Shown: piece after piece, positions 1-8,879 of the stretch
Layout: every line of letters begins with the position of its first letter
Position numbering within the stretch: the stretch's first letter is position 1
Origin: a virus
Lineage: Duplodnaviria; Caudoviricetes
Reading direction: 5' to 3' (one strand)
Length of the DNA stretch: 52,244 bases
Virus record (IMG/VR): IMGVR_UViG_3300033143_001356
Span: 1 to 52,244 of that record
Position numbers and translations under genes: made by a program
Notes under the pieces: generated by a model
Database searches by the model: none
Seen by the model: the letters and a program-made list of their open reading frames with translations, nothing else
Told to the model about the DNA's origin: nothing

Positions 1-114
1 ATCCGCAATCAGGGCATTTCAAGCATTCAATCAACTTAGCCTTTCCGCTGGGCGATATAGTGCAGAGAGTATCATTACCTACAAAGTCAGGGTATCCGTC
101 AAGTTCATCCAGTA
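1..114. repeat. Terminal direct repeat, left copy (circular overlap)
   Basis: Bases 1-114 (atccgcaatc...aagttcatccagta) are identical to 52131-52244. Confidence 0.97.
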
Positions 115-502
115 AGGCTTGGCCATCTCCCATTTCTATCCCACAGTGCGGACATATATTCCAATCGGGACACACAACTATCGACTTCAACGCTTCTAAT
201 GCGTCGGCGAGATCGTGTGCCATCTTTGATTTAGCTATTTCACCTTTTAGGTCTGGGTGAGATAACCCGTTCTCTCTGTGGAAAAGGATGAGGTTGAGTT
301 TGGCGAGGTCGGCTCGCAGGTCAATTATCGTCTTATCTATCACAGGTGTATGGGTCTGGTCATAAGCGAAGATAAGTTCGTCTTTGGCGGCGTTGTCGGT
401 GCGGAGGCGGGCAATTTCTTCCCTTGCACAACAGGCCAAATAAAAACAGCCTTCGTTGTAATGCACACACGTTTCTGCTATTGGACATTTCTCTTCACTC
501 AT
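1..502 (-). CDS. Hypothetical Cys-rich protein spanning the circular join (continues 52130..52087; 181 aa)
   Basis: Manual translation from ATG at 502: MSEEKCPIAETC...CPHCG...CLKCPDCGYSRTKKEALKAEEE*. It stays in frame across the join (546 nt) and its stop overlaps the RusA start. Absent from the ORF track. Confidence 0.8.
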   Translation of the reverse strand, partial: MSEEKCPIAETCVHYNEGCFYLACCAREEIARLRTDNAAKDELIFAYDQTHTPVIDKTIIDLRADLAKLNLILFHRENGLSHPDLKGEIAKSKMAHDLADALEALKSIVVCPDWNICPHCGIEMGDGQALLDELDGYPDFVGNDTLCTISPSGKAKLIECLKCPDCG

Positions 503-692
503 CATCTATTCCTTTCGTGTAGGGGGCAATATATTCTTTATAAAACAACTCACGGATTTTATGTTTGCGTTCCCGCATTTTTTCCAGTGTCTTGCCATAT
601 ACATAACAGATAATCTCATTTGTCCGCAAGTCAATGATATGACCTCGGTATCTGGTTTTTTGTTTCTCGTCATTGAGACTGCCAAATATCAT
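495..692 (-). CDS. Hypothetical protein
   Basis: 65-aa ORF with an AGGAG RBS, coupled to the next gene. Confidence 0.6.
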   Translation of the reverse strand: MIFGSLNDEKQKTRYRGHIIDLRTNEIICYVYGKTLEKMRERKHKIRELFYKEYIAPYTKGIDDE

Positions 693-754
693 TCTTCTTT
701 CTCCTGCGGCGTTACCGCGTTAAAGTCCTTGCCTGTCGTCGGGCGGCTGTGAAA

Positions 755-1483
755 TTAACCTTTTCGCCTGTCTTTGCCGGTCATTTCAATTACAGTACCC
801 ATGCCTAACCTGCTGGCGATCCGTGAATCAAAAGACTGTTTTAACTGCTCAATCGTTTTGTTTGTGGATATATATGTCGGCAATCGACGTTCCTGTCTCT
901 TGTCAATAATCGAGTAGAACGTGACGTAAGCAAAGTCGGTTTCAGTTTTCGACCGCAAACCAATATCATCAATAAACAGCTTGTCGTATTCGATGAGACT
1001 CTTTACTAAATCATACTCTGTTGTTTGACTGCTGTTATTCATGGTAGCCCTGACACGACAACAGAAATCGTCGAAGTTCACTCTCTTGCAACTGTACCCC
1101 TCACAGAGAAAATGTTTCAGTAACGCAGCCATAGCCCATGTTTTCCCAACACCAACCGCACCATGAAGGAAAACATCACCTGACGCCGCCAACATCGACC
1201 CGAAAACCAAATCACTAATGCTCTCGCTATCAGCATCTATGTATGCCTCGCCGACATTCTCAAGAAACTCTTTACATATCCTGCTGGGGTTCAACTTGTT
1301 TTTTCGCTCGTATACCGCTATACACCGAGGGCACCACTTCTTTTCGTACTTCTTTGGCCTCAACCCACATCTCTCGCACTTATCGAATAAAATCGCCATT
1401 ACCGTTGAGGCTATTGACTCCACTTCCGCTGGCCGCTGACTCTTTAGATTCTCGCTGACCTGTTCCACTTGTTTGTTTTCCAT
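755..1483 (-). CDS. DnaC/IstB-like AAA+ helicase loader
   Basis: Walker A GAVGVGKT, Walker B LFIDDIG, IIDKR, STN and RIASRL motifs; lies directly after the replication initiator. Confidence 0.88.
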   Translation of the reverse strand: MENKQVEQVSENLKSQRPAEVESIASTVMAILFDKCERCGLRPKKYEKKWCPRCIAVYERKNKLNPSRICKEFLENVGEAYIDADSESISDLVFGSMLAASGDVFLHGAVGVGKTWAMAALLKHFLCEGYSCKRVNFDDFCCRVRATMNNSSQTTEYDLVKSLIEYDKLFIDDIGLRSKTETDFAYVTFYSIIDKRQERRLPTYISTNKTIEQLKQSFDSRIASRLGMGTVIEMTGKDRRKG

Positions 1484-2102
1484 TTCTGGACTCCCATGAT
1501 ATAAATTTCTGTTTCCAACTTCGCACTTTTGTCCCTCTGGAATCTACCCAACCCGCAACATCAAAGTATTCAAAAAACTTTTTCGGTTCAAGAGATGAAT
1601 TTCTACTCTTAGCATAATCAACAACATCCTGTAAGGTAGGCGGTATAAAACTCTTTATAGGTGTACTCTTTACTTTACTTCCCTTTACTTCCCTTACCTT
1701 TACTTTACTTACCTTAGTTATATCGTTGTTAGGTTTCTGTTGTATCGTTGTTGTAACAGCGTTATAACGTCGTTGCATCCCTTTTTTGCCAGCTAAACTC
1801 TTTTGTTTAATATAGTTACGAGCCTTTTTCAGTTCGTCGTTGATACGCTTATGTTCAATGTGGCTATCTTTTTCGATAAATTTGTGGTCAAAACTTTTCC
1901 AAAAATTATCAAAAGTTTCTCCGTTTGTGTTACACAGGGAAGCAAGTTTCTCGGTGTCATTCGGCAACTTTCCGTCACTGCAAGCGAGGTAAATTATCAG
2001 TGAATGGTAACACCCCCGTTCGGCAGGAGTCATTGCTTGCCAGTCAATGTCCTTGGGGTATGCTCCCGGTTCAAGCTGAATATATAATGGTTTTTTAGCC
2101 AT
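1380..2102 (-). CDS. Phage replication initiator (YdaU/DUF1376-like N-terminus)
   Basis: N-terminal wHTH-like region (MTPAERGCY..L, HKRINDEL, AGKKG), low-complexity linker, C-terminal FIPPTLQDV...FFEYF...GW...W motif typical of phage initiators. Confidence 0.8.
   Translation of the reverse strand: MAKKPLYIQLEPGAYPKDIDWQAMTPAERGCYHSLIIYLACSDGKLPNDTEKLASLCNTNGETFDNFWKSFDHKFIEKDSHIEHKRINDELKKARNYIKQKSLAGKKGMQRRYNAVTTTIQQKPNNDITKVSKVKVREVKGSKVKSTPIKSFIPPTLQDVVDYAKSRNSSLEPKKFFEYFDVAGWVDSRGTKVRSWKQKFISWESRNGKQTSGTGQRESKESAASGSGVNSLNGNGDFIR
1668..1775. other. Putative replication origin inside the initiator gene
   Basis: Strongly strand-biased tactttactt/cccttt repeats plus tatcgttgtt twice (1721, 1743), in the initiator linker, where lambdoid origins lie. 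Confidence 0.45.
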
Positions 2103-2120
2103 GATGTTCCTGTTAGGGGG

Positions 2121-2513
2121 TTAAATGATTATGTGCTTACAGACAACACAGCCTTCGACATGATCTCTTCCCGCCGCCGTTATCCATGTTTTTTGCACTT
2201 TAACCGGCACAATAGTTTCATTGCCAGCGTCGCTATACCACCTTCTTGTAAATAGTTCTGCCGCCTTTTTGGTTGTGAAACAATGAAACCCTGCTCTGTA
2301 ATGGGTGTAATTATACATACACTCAATGCTTTTTTTCGTGTCGGCGGTGTTCTTTCCTTCGTAAAAGTCATAGTTTTGATGTGCGCCACTCAATTCGTCG
2401 TTTTTGTTGAACTGAAAGACTTTCCACAGCCGTACATAACCATCAGCCCTTGTTTTAAGCGATTTAATATATCTCTTCAACTTCTTTGGTGGCATTCTTG
2501 TACCCAAGCACAT
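2121..2513 (-). CDS. Hypothetical protein
   Basis: 130-aa ORF with GAGG RBS; first gene after the 2.6-kb promoter and leader. Confidence 0.65.
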   Translation of the reverse strand: MCLGTRMPPKKLKRYIKSLKTRADGYVRLWKVFQFNKNDELSGAHQNYDFYEGKNTADTKKSIECMYNYTHYRAGFHCFTTKKAAELFTRRWYSDAGNETIVPVKVQKTWITAAGRDHVEGCVVCKHIII

Positions 2514-2530
2514 ACCTCACATCCTTTCAT

Positions 2531-2597
2531 TAAAAAATCCCCGCACCGACAGGGGGCAAAGTCCATCGTAGAGGGGGACAACCTGCTGGATACGGGG
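2531..2597 (-). terminator. Leader terminator/attenuator hairpin
   Basis: Minus strand CCCCGTATCCAGCAGG...CCTGTCGGTGCGGGG followed by ATTTTTT. Confidence 0.55.
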
Positions 2598-2642
2598 GTC
2601 ATTACAACATGATTCTACGATTAACTTTGCCATTACTTATAT

Positions 2643-2671
2643 AGTATACACTCCTTTTGGGGTGAAGTCAA
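2643..2671 (-). promoter_or_regulatory. Sigma70-type promoter
   Basis: TTGACT-N17-TATACT on the minus strand in an AT-rich intergenic gap. Confidence 0.7.
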
Positions 2672-2696
2672 ATAAAAACTTTCTATTTATTGACAC

Positions 2697-3071
2697 TTAA
2701 TTTTTTTGCCTTCTACCTTTCATCGTCACTTCAAAGTCGAATATAGCCCGACAGAAGCCCATTTCCTTACCATTTTTCTCAGCAAATACAGTGCGTTGGG
2801 TTTCTCTACTGCATTTGTGGGGCAGGGCTTCATCGTCCAGCCATATTTCACCTGTGGTTTTAACGGTAGCGATGAAGTAATCGTCTTTTGTGGGGTTCTT
2901 TTTGCGTCTTTTGGCTTTGCTCTCTGCTTGGGCGATATTCATACACCACCTACAGTATGAAGATAAACCGCATTTAGTACCTCCGGGTGAGAACTGATCG
3001 GGGAACTTCCACGTTTCACACTTCGCACAGCGGTACTTGCCGTCTGCATTAGGTTTTCTTGTTTTGCCCAT
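2697..3071 (-). CDS. Zinc-finger protein (N-terminus like those of HNH-associated proteins)
   Basis: CAKC...F...G.SSYCRWC motif. Confidence 0.55.
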   Translation of the reverse strand: MGKTRKPNADGKYRCAKCETWKFPDQFSPGGTKCGLSSYCRWCMNIAQAESKAKRRKKNPTKDDYFIATVKTTGEIWLDDEALPHKCSRETQRTVFAEKNGKEMGFCRAIFDFEVTMKGRRQKN

Positions 3072-3423
3072 TATCTTTCTCCTTGTCGTGTATTGTGCCG
3101 ATTACTTCACGATGTCCCTTCCACTGATGGGCAAGGATTGTTCCGCCCACCCAAAAGGCACCCTTATCAAACTCTACTGTCGCCCTACCGCCTTCAATGA
3201 TACACCTATCCCCCTCATATATCTCCGTCCCGTTCTTGTCCTTGAGGCCGGTGTAGGATTCGGCTGTGTCAAAATCAATTACGGCGTTACCTGCCCCGCT
3301 CCAGCCATCCTCCCCATTCTCCGAATACTTCCAGATCAACCTCTTGCCCTTACAGCAAATAGGCATCAACTGCATGTATCCAACTATTACGTTGTCTTTG
3401 ATTAGCCTGAATTTATGTCTCAT
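3049..3423 (-). CDS. YopX family protein
   Basis: KFR, YTGLKDKNGTEIYEGD and EVIGTIHD signature motifs. Confidence 0.88.
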   Translation of the reverse strand: MRHKFRLIKDNVIVGYMQLMPICCKGKRLIWKYSENGEDGWSGAGNAVIDFDTAESYTGLKDKNGTEIYEGDRCIIEGGRATVEFDKGAFWVGGTILAHQWKGHREVIGTIHDKEKDNGQNKKT

Positions 3424-3566
3424 TTCGTCTCTCCTGTCGCTTGGTTCATTACCAGTTGCGCCATACGAAGTACCATATCGTTGTCAGGGTCATGGTTACT
3501 CCTGTAATCATACCCCATATAAAGTGGCCGAGACTTGGGGGCAAGCCCCGACCTGCACAGTTCCGG

Positions 3567-3884
3567 CTACGTCGCCGAAGCATCACTATTTCCTTTCTTG
3601 AATACAACACTACCATTTGGGTATGGTCGTTTAATAGTTATGTCACCGGACTGAATTCTTTCAAGAATTGGGCGGAACACTTCTTTGCACCTCCCGTCGA
3701 CTATCTCAAAGTAGCGAACATCGTCCCCGCACACCTCCCCATCCTCATACAGATAGCCTGCGAAGTTGGGGCTGTTAACTGCTTCGGATATGGAAAACAT
3801 TCCTTTGCCATGCGGGTCATACAGCAACCCATTGACTATGCAACTCGTTATCTCACACAACTCATACTCATCTAAGTCTTTCAT
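3567..3884 (-). CDS. Hypothetical protein
   Basis: 105-aa ORF with AGGAG RBS. Confidence 0.6.
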   Translation of the reverse strand: MKDLDEYELCEITSCIVNGLLYDPHGKGMFSISEAVNSPNFAGYLYEDGEVCGDDVRYFEIVDGRCKEVFRPILERIQSGDITIKRPYPNGSVVFKKGNSDASAT

Positions 3885-4053
3885 TTCAATTCTCCTAAAT
3901 TATAGGCCCTGACAGGCGTTCGCCCTTTTTGGAAACGCTCAGGCCCGCCAGAGCCAGCATCCATGCGGTATCGACTCCTTAATTATTATAAGACCGGGCG
4001 GGAACCGCAAAAGTAAACGCCCGGCCAATAAACCATAGCTACACCGCTACGGG

Positions 4054-4482
4054 TCATTTTCGTAAATCCTCATCAGGTGGCGCAACAGCCCAATCGTGCA
4101 CCATTGACTGTGAGATTATTTCCTCGATAAAGGCTGTCATGTTTCGTTTGCCAACGCCTACGGTCGTTAATCTGCCGGTGGGTATCTTGTGGCCATCTGT
4201 CGTCTCGAAAAAGAACACTTCCTTTTTTAGCAGCGATAAACCCTTGCATTTGCGCTTAACCTCATCGTCCCACCATTCAGCCGTTTCGCCGTTCTCATCG
4301 TTCTTGGCCAGCCAGGGCAGGCACACGCCTTTGTACCATCGCCTCTGTCGGTCCGTGATACATTCGACGGGACTCAACAGTTTAATCCCACCGCCTACAG
4401 TGAGTTCGGCAAGTATCTCATCTAACGGTTTTTCAAACGTCGGCTGTCCGTCGATCATTGATTGTACTGGATATGTTTTCAA
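4054..4482 (-). CDS. NinB-like recombination accessory protein
   Basis: TDRQRRWY.G, K...L, and TT.....MTAFIEEI...A.....PP pattern resembling NinB/Orf-family proteins. Confidence 0.5.
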   Translation of the reverse strand: MKTYPVQSMIDGQPTFEKPLDEILAELTVGGGIKLLSPVECITDRQRRWYKGVCLPWLAKNDENGETAEWWDDEVKRKCKGLSLLKKEVFFFETTDGHKIPTGRLTTVGVGKRNMTAFIEEIISQSMVHDWAVAPPDEDLRK

Positions 4483-4676
4483 AATGGCACACTTTCTATT
4501 ATCGGTCTATCTGCTTGAATTCCATAATCGTCGCTAACTACTCTCAATTTCAAGGCTTCCCGCAAGCCCCAAACCGCTATATCGTCCGGCGTTACTCCTA
4601 ATATATTTACCCATGCCTCGATACGGTCGAATTCGAGGCCGTCCACAAATAAATCTGTTACAGTTGGCTCATCCAT
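4479..4676 (-). CDS. Hypothetical protein
   Basis: 65-aa ORF ending in an acidic ...SVPF tail; overlaps the next start. Confidence 0.5.
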   Translation of the reverse strand: MDEPTVTDLFVDGLEFDRIEAWVNILGVTPDDIAVWGLREALKLRVVSDDYGIQADRPIIESVPF

Positions 4677-4745
4677 GCTATAATCTCAAATACAGTAGCC
4701 GGATGTATTGTCACCGTATGGGCTATGGTTTCACCGGCTGCTGCG

Positions 4746-5360
4746 CTATGCTTTTTTAAATTCTTTGTCCAAAAGTGCTATCGCTTCTTCTTCTTCAGCC
4801 TGACTACTTGGCCAATGTTCCATTGCTCGATGAACCTTAACAGCCATCTCAGCCTTAAACTTAACCTCTAAAACGCCGTCTGGTTTGTGGTCTTTTGCCA
4901 TTAGCCATATATTCTTGAAATGCCCTGCTTCGTCGTCAGACATAGGGGTCTTGTTTTGTATAGTTGCCATTAAAGCTGTCCAGTTAGGTTCAGGCCTGTC
5001 ACCCTGCTGCTGTATAGAGGCGTTAAGCATTTCGTTTGCGCTACGAACCTCTACGTCAATACCTATACCGAGATTACCTAACGCTCTACCCCATGCCGAC
5101 GTTTCACAGTTTTCGATATAAGATGTCTTATTAATGAAATTAGATCCCTCTTTTTCGTAAGCGTGACCTGTGGCAATAGCAACGCCCTCGGCATTTTTGA
5201 TAGTGGCCTTGATTATCACAACGCCACCTGTAACGCTTTCTATTGCTGAAGTCAGCGAATATCCTGCGTAGGCCTCTGTTGACCTAAAATGCTTTAACCT
5301 CTCATTTACTTCAACATACGCCTTGCCCATAATATCAACTGTCTTTAGTTTTTTTCCCAT
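4746..5360 (-). CDS. Putative single-strand annealing protein (Rad52/Sak-like)
   Basis: GKAYVEVNERL...ATGHAYE...INKTSYIENCETSAWGRAL..LGIG, a widespread phage recombinase-type motif. Confidence 0.55.
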   Translation of the reverse strand: MGKKLKTVDIMGKAYVEVNERLKHFRSTEAYAGYSLTSAIESVTGGVVIIKATIKNAEGVAIATGHAYEKEGSNFINKTSYIENCETSAWGRALGNLGIGIDVEVRSANEMLNASIQQQGDRPEPNWTALMATIQNKTPMSDDEAGHFKNIWLMAKDHKPDGVLEVKFKAEMAVKVHRAMEHWPSSQAEEEEAIALLDKEFKKA

Positions 5361-5685
5361 TCCAGTCTCCTTTCGGGTATCCTGTTAATTTCTTTTCTCC
5401 GTTAATTTCAACCCATCTCAATCTCCATGTGTCCGTTACCCCTATTTCCGATTCGTGTATCAAGCTATCGGCGTCAGGCAACAAATTCGACGAGGTCAAG
5501 CGAACATAATCTTCTTCCGTTCCACAGCGTATCAAAGCATCTTGAGCATAATAAGTGCCGTCGACAGTTGCCGGATTCAAGCCCAGTAACTGCGCCCTGA
5601 TCTCGCCGTAGGTTCCACATTTGCCGCGTTTCGGCAATTCATAGATTCTTGACAACGTCATGTGTTCTTTGTCGGCTTCGGTCAT
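5335..5685 (-). CDS. Hypothetical protein
   Basis: 116-aa ORF coupled to both neighbours. Confidence 0.6.
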   Translation of the reverse strand: MTEADKEHMTLSRIYELPKRGKCGTYGEIRAQLLGLNPATVDGTYYAQDALIRCGTEEDYVRLTSSNLLPDADSLIHESEIGVTDTWRLRWVEINGEKKLTGYPKGDWNGKKTKDS

Positions 5686-6674
5686 TTGTGGCTCTCTTTC
5701 GCTTGGATGTGGTTGAGGACGTGGCCGAGTTTGGTGTGGAATTCTTCGAGGTTATCGTTGTCGATACAGATAGTACCCTGCAAATCAACCAAATGAACAA
5801 AGCCAGTGTTGCTTACAGAGACGGCAATGTCCTGCATCGTACCCTGTTTCATCTCAAATCCATCTATCTTCTTGTCACGGTTGGCGATGTCGTCGAAGAT
5901 GTTGCCGAGAACATCAAACCTTTCCGGTCTGACAGGCGAACCGTACCAAAGCCCCTTTTCGTTCTCTAAATCTTTAGAATACAGAGCAGTGTTGCTAAGT
6001 CTTGGGTTATCGCTGTAAAACGCATAAACTTTCTTTCCGCTCATAGTCTTAAACACCCCATAATCTCCATGCCTCAGCTTCGGCTCGCCCTTAGACTTCT
6101 TGGGTTCTACTTTCTTTTGCTTGGCGTTGTCAATCAAATCCCACACATTTAGCCCTTTGTCTTCGAGTTGCAAGAACCTTTTTTTGCCGCAGTTGCCTAT
6201 CAAGCCATTTGGTATTAACAGCATCCCATCTGAGCCAGAGTCGATGCCCTTGATAAAGATATGGCCATCCCTGATGTCGCCACACCTTACTTCCGGCTCT
6301 TTCTTCTTGTCTATGACGGCCTTGATGTAGTCACAGACAGCTTGCTCGGCCTCTTGGAATGCGCGGAAGTTGGCGGGGGAATTATCTTTCGCAAACGCAA
6401 TTAAGGCATTGTTTGCAGTCCTGAACGTTCCTCCGCAACACGCTCCATAAGTACCGTCCTTGCTCAATGGACACTCGTAGCTACAACATTCGTATTTCGC
6501 ACAGCACGCACACTTCGATTCTGCCAATGAAAAATCCTCGCTTTCCAACGCATCTATCAACTCCCCTCTCGTACACGTTGCGCCTTGGTGGTGGTGCTTC
6601 TCAGAGCAAATCATCGACGCCATTTCGCCTTTTGCGGCTTCCTGTTTAACGTACTCTTTGGTCATAAATTCCAT
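5682..6674 (-). CDS. Hypothetical protein with Cys-rich N-terminal domain
   Basis: 330-aa ORF with AGGAG RBS; CACC..Y.CC...CPL...CC cluster. Confidence 0.7.
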   Translation of the reverse strand: MEFMTKEYVKQEAAKGEMASMICSEKHHHQGATCTRGELIDALESEDFSLAESKCACCAKYECCSYECPLSKDGTYGACCGGTFRTANNALIAFAKDNSPANFRAFQEAEQAVCDYIKAVIDKKKEPEVRCGDIRDGHIFIKGIDSGSDGMLLIPNGLIGNCGKKRFLQLEDKGLNVWDLIDNAKQKKVEPKKSKGEPKLRHGDYGVFKTMSGKKVYAFYSDNPRLSNTALYSKDLENEKGLWYGSPVRPERFDVLGNIFDDIANRDKKIDGFEMKQGTMQDIAVSVSNTGFVHLVDLQGTICIDNDNLEEFHTKLGHVLNHIQAKESHK

Positions 6675-6684
6675 GATTATTCTC

Positions 6685-6903
6685 CTATTCGTGTTTGTCT
6701 GTTATGTGCTGTACTATACATCTCGCACTAATATATTTAAGGCAGGTAGGACATTCTACCAACCACTTTTTTGTTACTTGTTCTGGACAGTTTTTGTCAC
6801 ATTCGCAACTAAACTTCTCCATTTCTGCCGACAGGTCTATCTTATCGCCCGGAAAATGGGTGATGTGTTCGTCCACTCGCATTGCGAAGTCTCTATTGTG
6901 CAT
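6685..6903 (-). CDS. Small Cys-rich hypothetical protein
   Basis: 72-aa ORF in a coupled series; CECDKNC and CPTC motifs. Confidence 0.55.
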   Translation of the reverse strand: MHNRDFAMRVDEHITHFPGDKIDLSAEMEKFSCECDKNCPEQVTKKWLVECPTCLKYISARCIVQHITDKHE

Positions 6904-7177
6904 CTACGGCCTCATGTTCATCCAGTGCTTCGTCGCAACATTCATATTCAGTCTTGTTTTGGTGGTTATCACTTCCGCAGAATTCACATTCCCAATGGGT
7001 ATCACAGTCAATCGTCATACAAGATACGCCGTCAACGTGCCTTTTGATGTCCGGCATTATATTGGTAAGTTCTTTTCGTTGATACTCGATATTTTCTTCG
7101 TCGGTAACATTTCGCCAATTATAGTGCCGTTCGGCTTCAATTCGCAAATAGATTTCGTCAACTATCTCTTTTTGCAT
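6893..7177 (-). CDS. Hypothetical protein
   Basis: 94-aa ORF with AAGGAG RBS; CEFCG and ECCD motifs. Confidence 0.65.
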   Translation of the reverse strand: MQKEIVDEIYLRIEAERHYNWRNVTDEENIEYQRKELTNIMPDIKRHVDGVSCMTIDCDTHWECEFCGSDNHQNKTEYECCDEALDEHEAVDAQ

Positions 7178-7211
7178 TTCGGTCTCCTTTACAAGCCCCT
7201 GAGGGGTACTT

Positions 7212-7571
7212 TAAGCCTCTAAACTGTTTTAGGTGAATATTGCCAATCCGCCGTTTTCGGTATCAAGATGTATCCCGCATCGACACAAGTAAATTGCGTC
7301 ATCTTCGGTTAAATCGTCAATACCACAGCCCAGCCAAGCTATGTCATGGGCCGAACCAGACAGCATTCCGCAATGGCTACCCTTTTTGGCAGGGTGTTTC
7401 TGCTCAATATACAACATTCCACATAAGTCGGGATACCAACTCAGTTTCATTGCATCGGGTATGCGATCAAACATTAGGTATTCTTCGTCCTGTATTTTGT
7501 CGTATTCTTCGTTGCTCATTTCTATCTCCTATCTACCCCTCTACGGGGTATCTAAGCCTCTAAACTGTTTT
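7212..7571. repeat. 19-bp direct repeat flanking one gene (taagcctctaaactgtttt at 7212-7230 and 7553-7571)
   Basis: Exact repeat; on the minus strand each copy is followed by a CCCC/GGGG hairpin, an RBS and an ATG. Confidence 0.85.
7229..7519 (-). CDS. Hypothetical phage protein
   Basis: 96-aa ORF with AGGAG RBS; PDLCG, AHDIAWL and LCRCGI motifs. Confidence 0.65.
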   Translation of the reverse strand: MSNEEYDKIQDEEYLMFDRIPDAMKLSWYPDLCGMLYIEQKHPAKKGSHCGMLSGSAHDIAWLGCGIDDLTEDDAIYLCRCGIHLDTENGGLAIFT

Positions 7572-7656
7572 TGGTACATAATTAGCCATCACAGACGTTT
7601 GGCCACTGGCGCGGCTGTCAGGCCCTCTCACGGGGACTCTACGGGATTGTGTGGGG

Positions 7657-7980
7657 TTAAGTGTCATTGGGGGTGTCCTTTGGTGTTAGTTGCTTGACCA
7701 TTTCAACGGTTTTAGCATGACCTTTTTCGGCTTCTTCCCATGTTGGGTATCTCCACATTTCTTGGTCAAGTTCTCCGCCGAATATCATTGTCTCGAATAG
7801 CTGTGGTGTATTTGAATAACCTGAACTATGGTCAATTCCCAAAAAGACCGTAGATACCGCAATATCGCCTATCATAGTCTTGTCAACGTGCCTATTTGCT
7901 GTCTCAAACCATGCCGCCCATTCCATTAAGTCATCACATTCGACAACCTTATGTCCGTCTAATATGTATTTGTCGCTCAT
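7657..7980 (-). CDS. Conserved hypothetical phage protein
   Basis: VSTVFLGIDH...PQLFETMIFGG...RY.TWEEA.KGH, a motif common in small phage proteins. Confidence 0.7.
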   Translation of the reverse strand: MSDKYILDGHKVVECDDLMEWAAWFETANRHVDKTMIGDIAVSTVFLGIDHSSGYSNTPQLFETMIFGGELDQEMWRYPTWEEAEKGHAKTVEMVKQLTPKDTPNDT

Positions 7981-8183
7981 TTCTTGTCCTCCTCATGCAA
8001 CAGCAGGCTCATCGGTACGTCATAATACGTTTGGGCTTTCGTGAGCAACTTCATACTTGGGGTTCTATCTCCGGTTTCTATCAAAGAGAGGTAGTTTGCG
8101 CTTATGCCCAGTCCTTGTGCAGCAGGCCCCTGATTGATGTCCTTCATTGCTCTGGCTATTCTGAATCCTATTCCTATGTTCAT
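7977..8183 (-). CDS. XRE-family helix-turn-helix transcriptional regulator
   Basis: IRIAR....Q..AA..LGIS..YLSLIETGDRTPS, the HTH_3 pattern. Confidence 0.85.
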   Translation of the reverse strand: MNIGIGFRIARAMKDINQGPAAQGLGISANYLSLIETGDRTPSMKLLTKAQTYYDVPMSLLLHEEDKK

Positions 8184-8192
8184 GCTATTCTC

Positions 8193-8651
8193 CTAATATT
8201 CTCGTTTTCCCGTAACGACAACAACCTGAAACTCGTCGTCAACGACATCAATAACCGCCTCGTGGTTGCACTTGCCATAATTGTCAACCCATACCGGCGT
8301 ATCTTTTGTCATTAGGAAGTCGCCACCTTTGTACCCCGTAAGGGTTTTTCCGTCCGTAGCCACAAGCACAGCAAGGAAAGCTGAAACATCTATTCCGTCC
8401 CCCTCGCAGTTAAAGCCAATGGCAAGTTCTTCGTATGCGCCCCGCCAACTACCTATGTCTATGACGGGGAGGCCACAGAAATCGAGAACAACCTCGGCTT
8501 CGTGCCCCCACTTCTCTATGACATATTTCTGTTTGGCCGCGATAGTCTCAAATTTAGCAGTGAGTTGTCCGAGCGATAACTGGTCTGATTCATCAAAGGA
8601 CGCCGTTCTTATCGTTCTCACTGCATCTGCTATCTGCTCGTTAAAACCCAT
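8193..8651 (-). CDS. Conserved hypothetical phage protein
   Basis: LSLGQL...SWRGAYEELA...GYKGGDFLM..DTPVWV..YG motif. Confidence 0.7.
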   Translation of the reverse strand: MGFNEQIADAVRTIRTASFDESDQLSLGQLTAKFETIAAKQKYVIEKWGHEAEVVLDFCGLPVIDIGSWRGAYEELAIGFNCEGDGIDVSAFLAVLVATDGKTLTGYKGGDFLMTKDTPVWVDNYGKCNHEAVIDVVDDEFQVVVVTGKREY

Positions 8652-8696
8652 CTTACTTTCTCCTAAAATTCATTAACGATCAACTAACTATCACAT

Positions 8697-8724
8697 AGTA
8701 TACAGATTTTTTACTATGAGTCAA
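8697..8724 (-). promoter_or_regulatory. Sigma70-type promoter of the recombination/accessory operon
   Basis: TTGACT-N16-TATACT on the minus strand. Confidence 0.65.
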
Positions 8725-8807
8725 GATTTATTCTTGAGAATAATAAAATTTATCTATGTCCAGAAAGTTTTCCCGCCTTACGGTGCAGAAATGGGGATTG
8801 TGGTATG

Positions 8808-8848
8808 AAAATAAATTCACCCCACCGCCCACGAATGAGCGATGAGGT
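8808..8848 (-). terminator. Intrinsic terminator ending the late operon
   Basis: ACCTCATCGCTCA-TTCG-TGGGCGGTGGGGT hairpin followed by GAATTTATTTT. Confidence 0.6.
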
Positions 8849-8879
8849 TAGGAGAAAGCCTTCCGAGGAAGGATGAAAT

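Noticed and set aside
1-114. Biological direct terminal repeat marking the packaged genome ends
   Set aside because: The repeat falls inside a coding sequence far from terS, so it is more simply an assembly overlap of a circular or permuted genome.
755-1483. IS21 element (IstB)
   Set aside because: No IstA transposase or terminal inverted repeats; it follows a replication initiator, as a helicase loader would.
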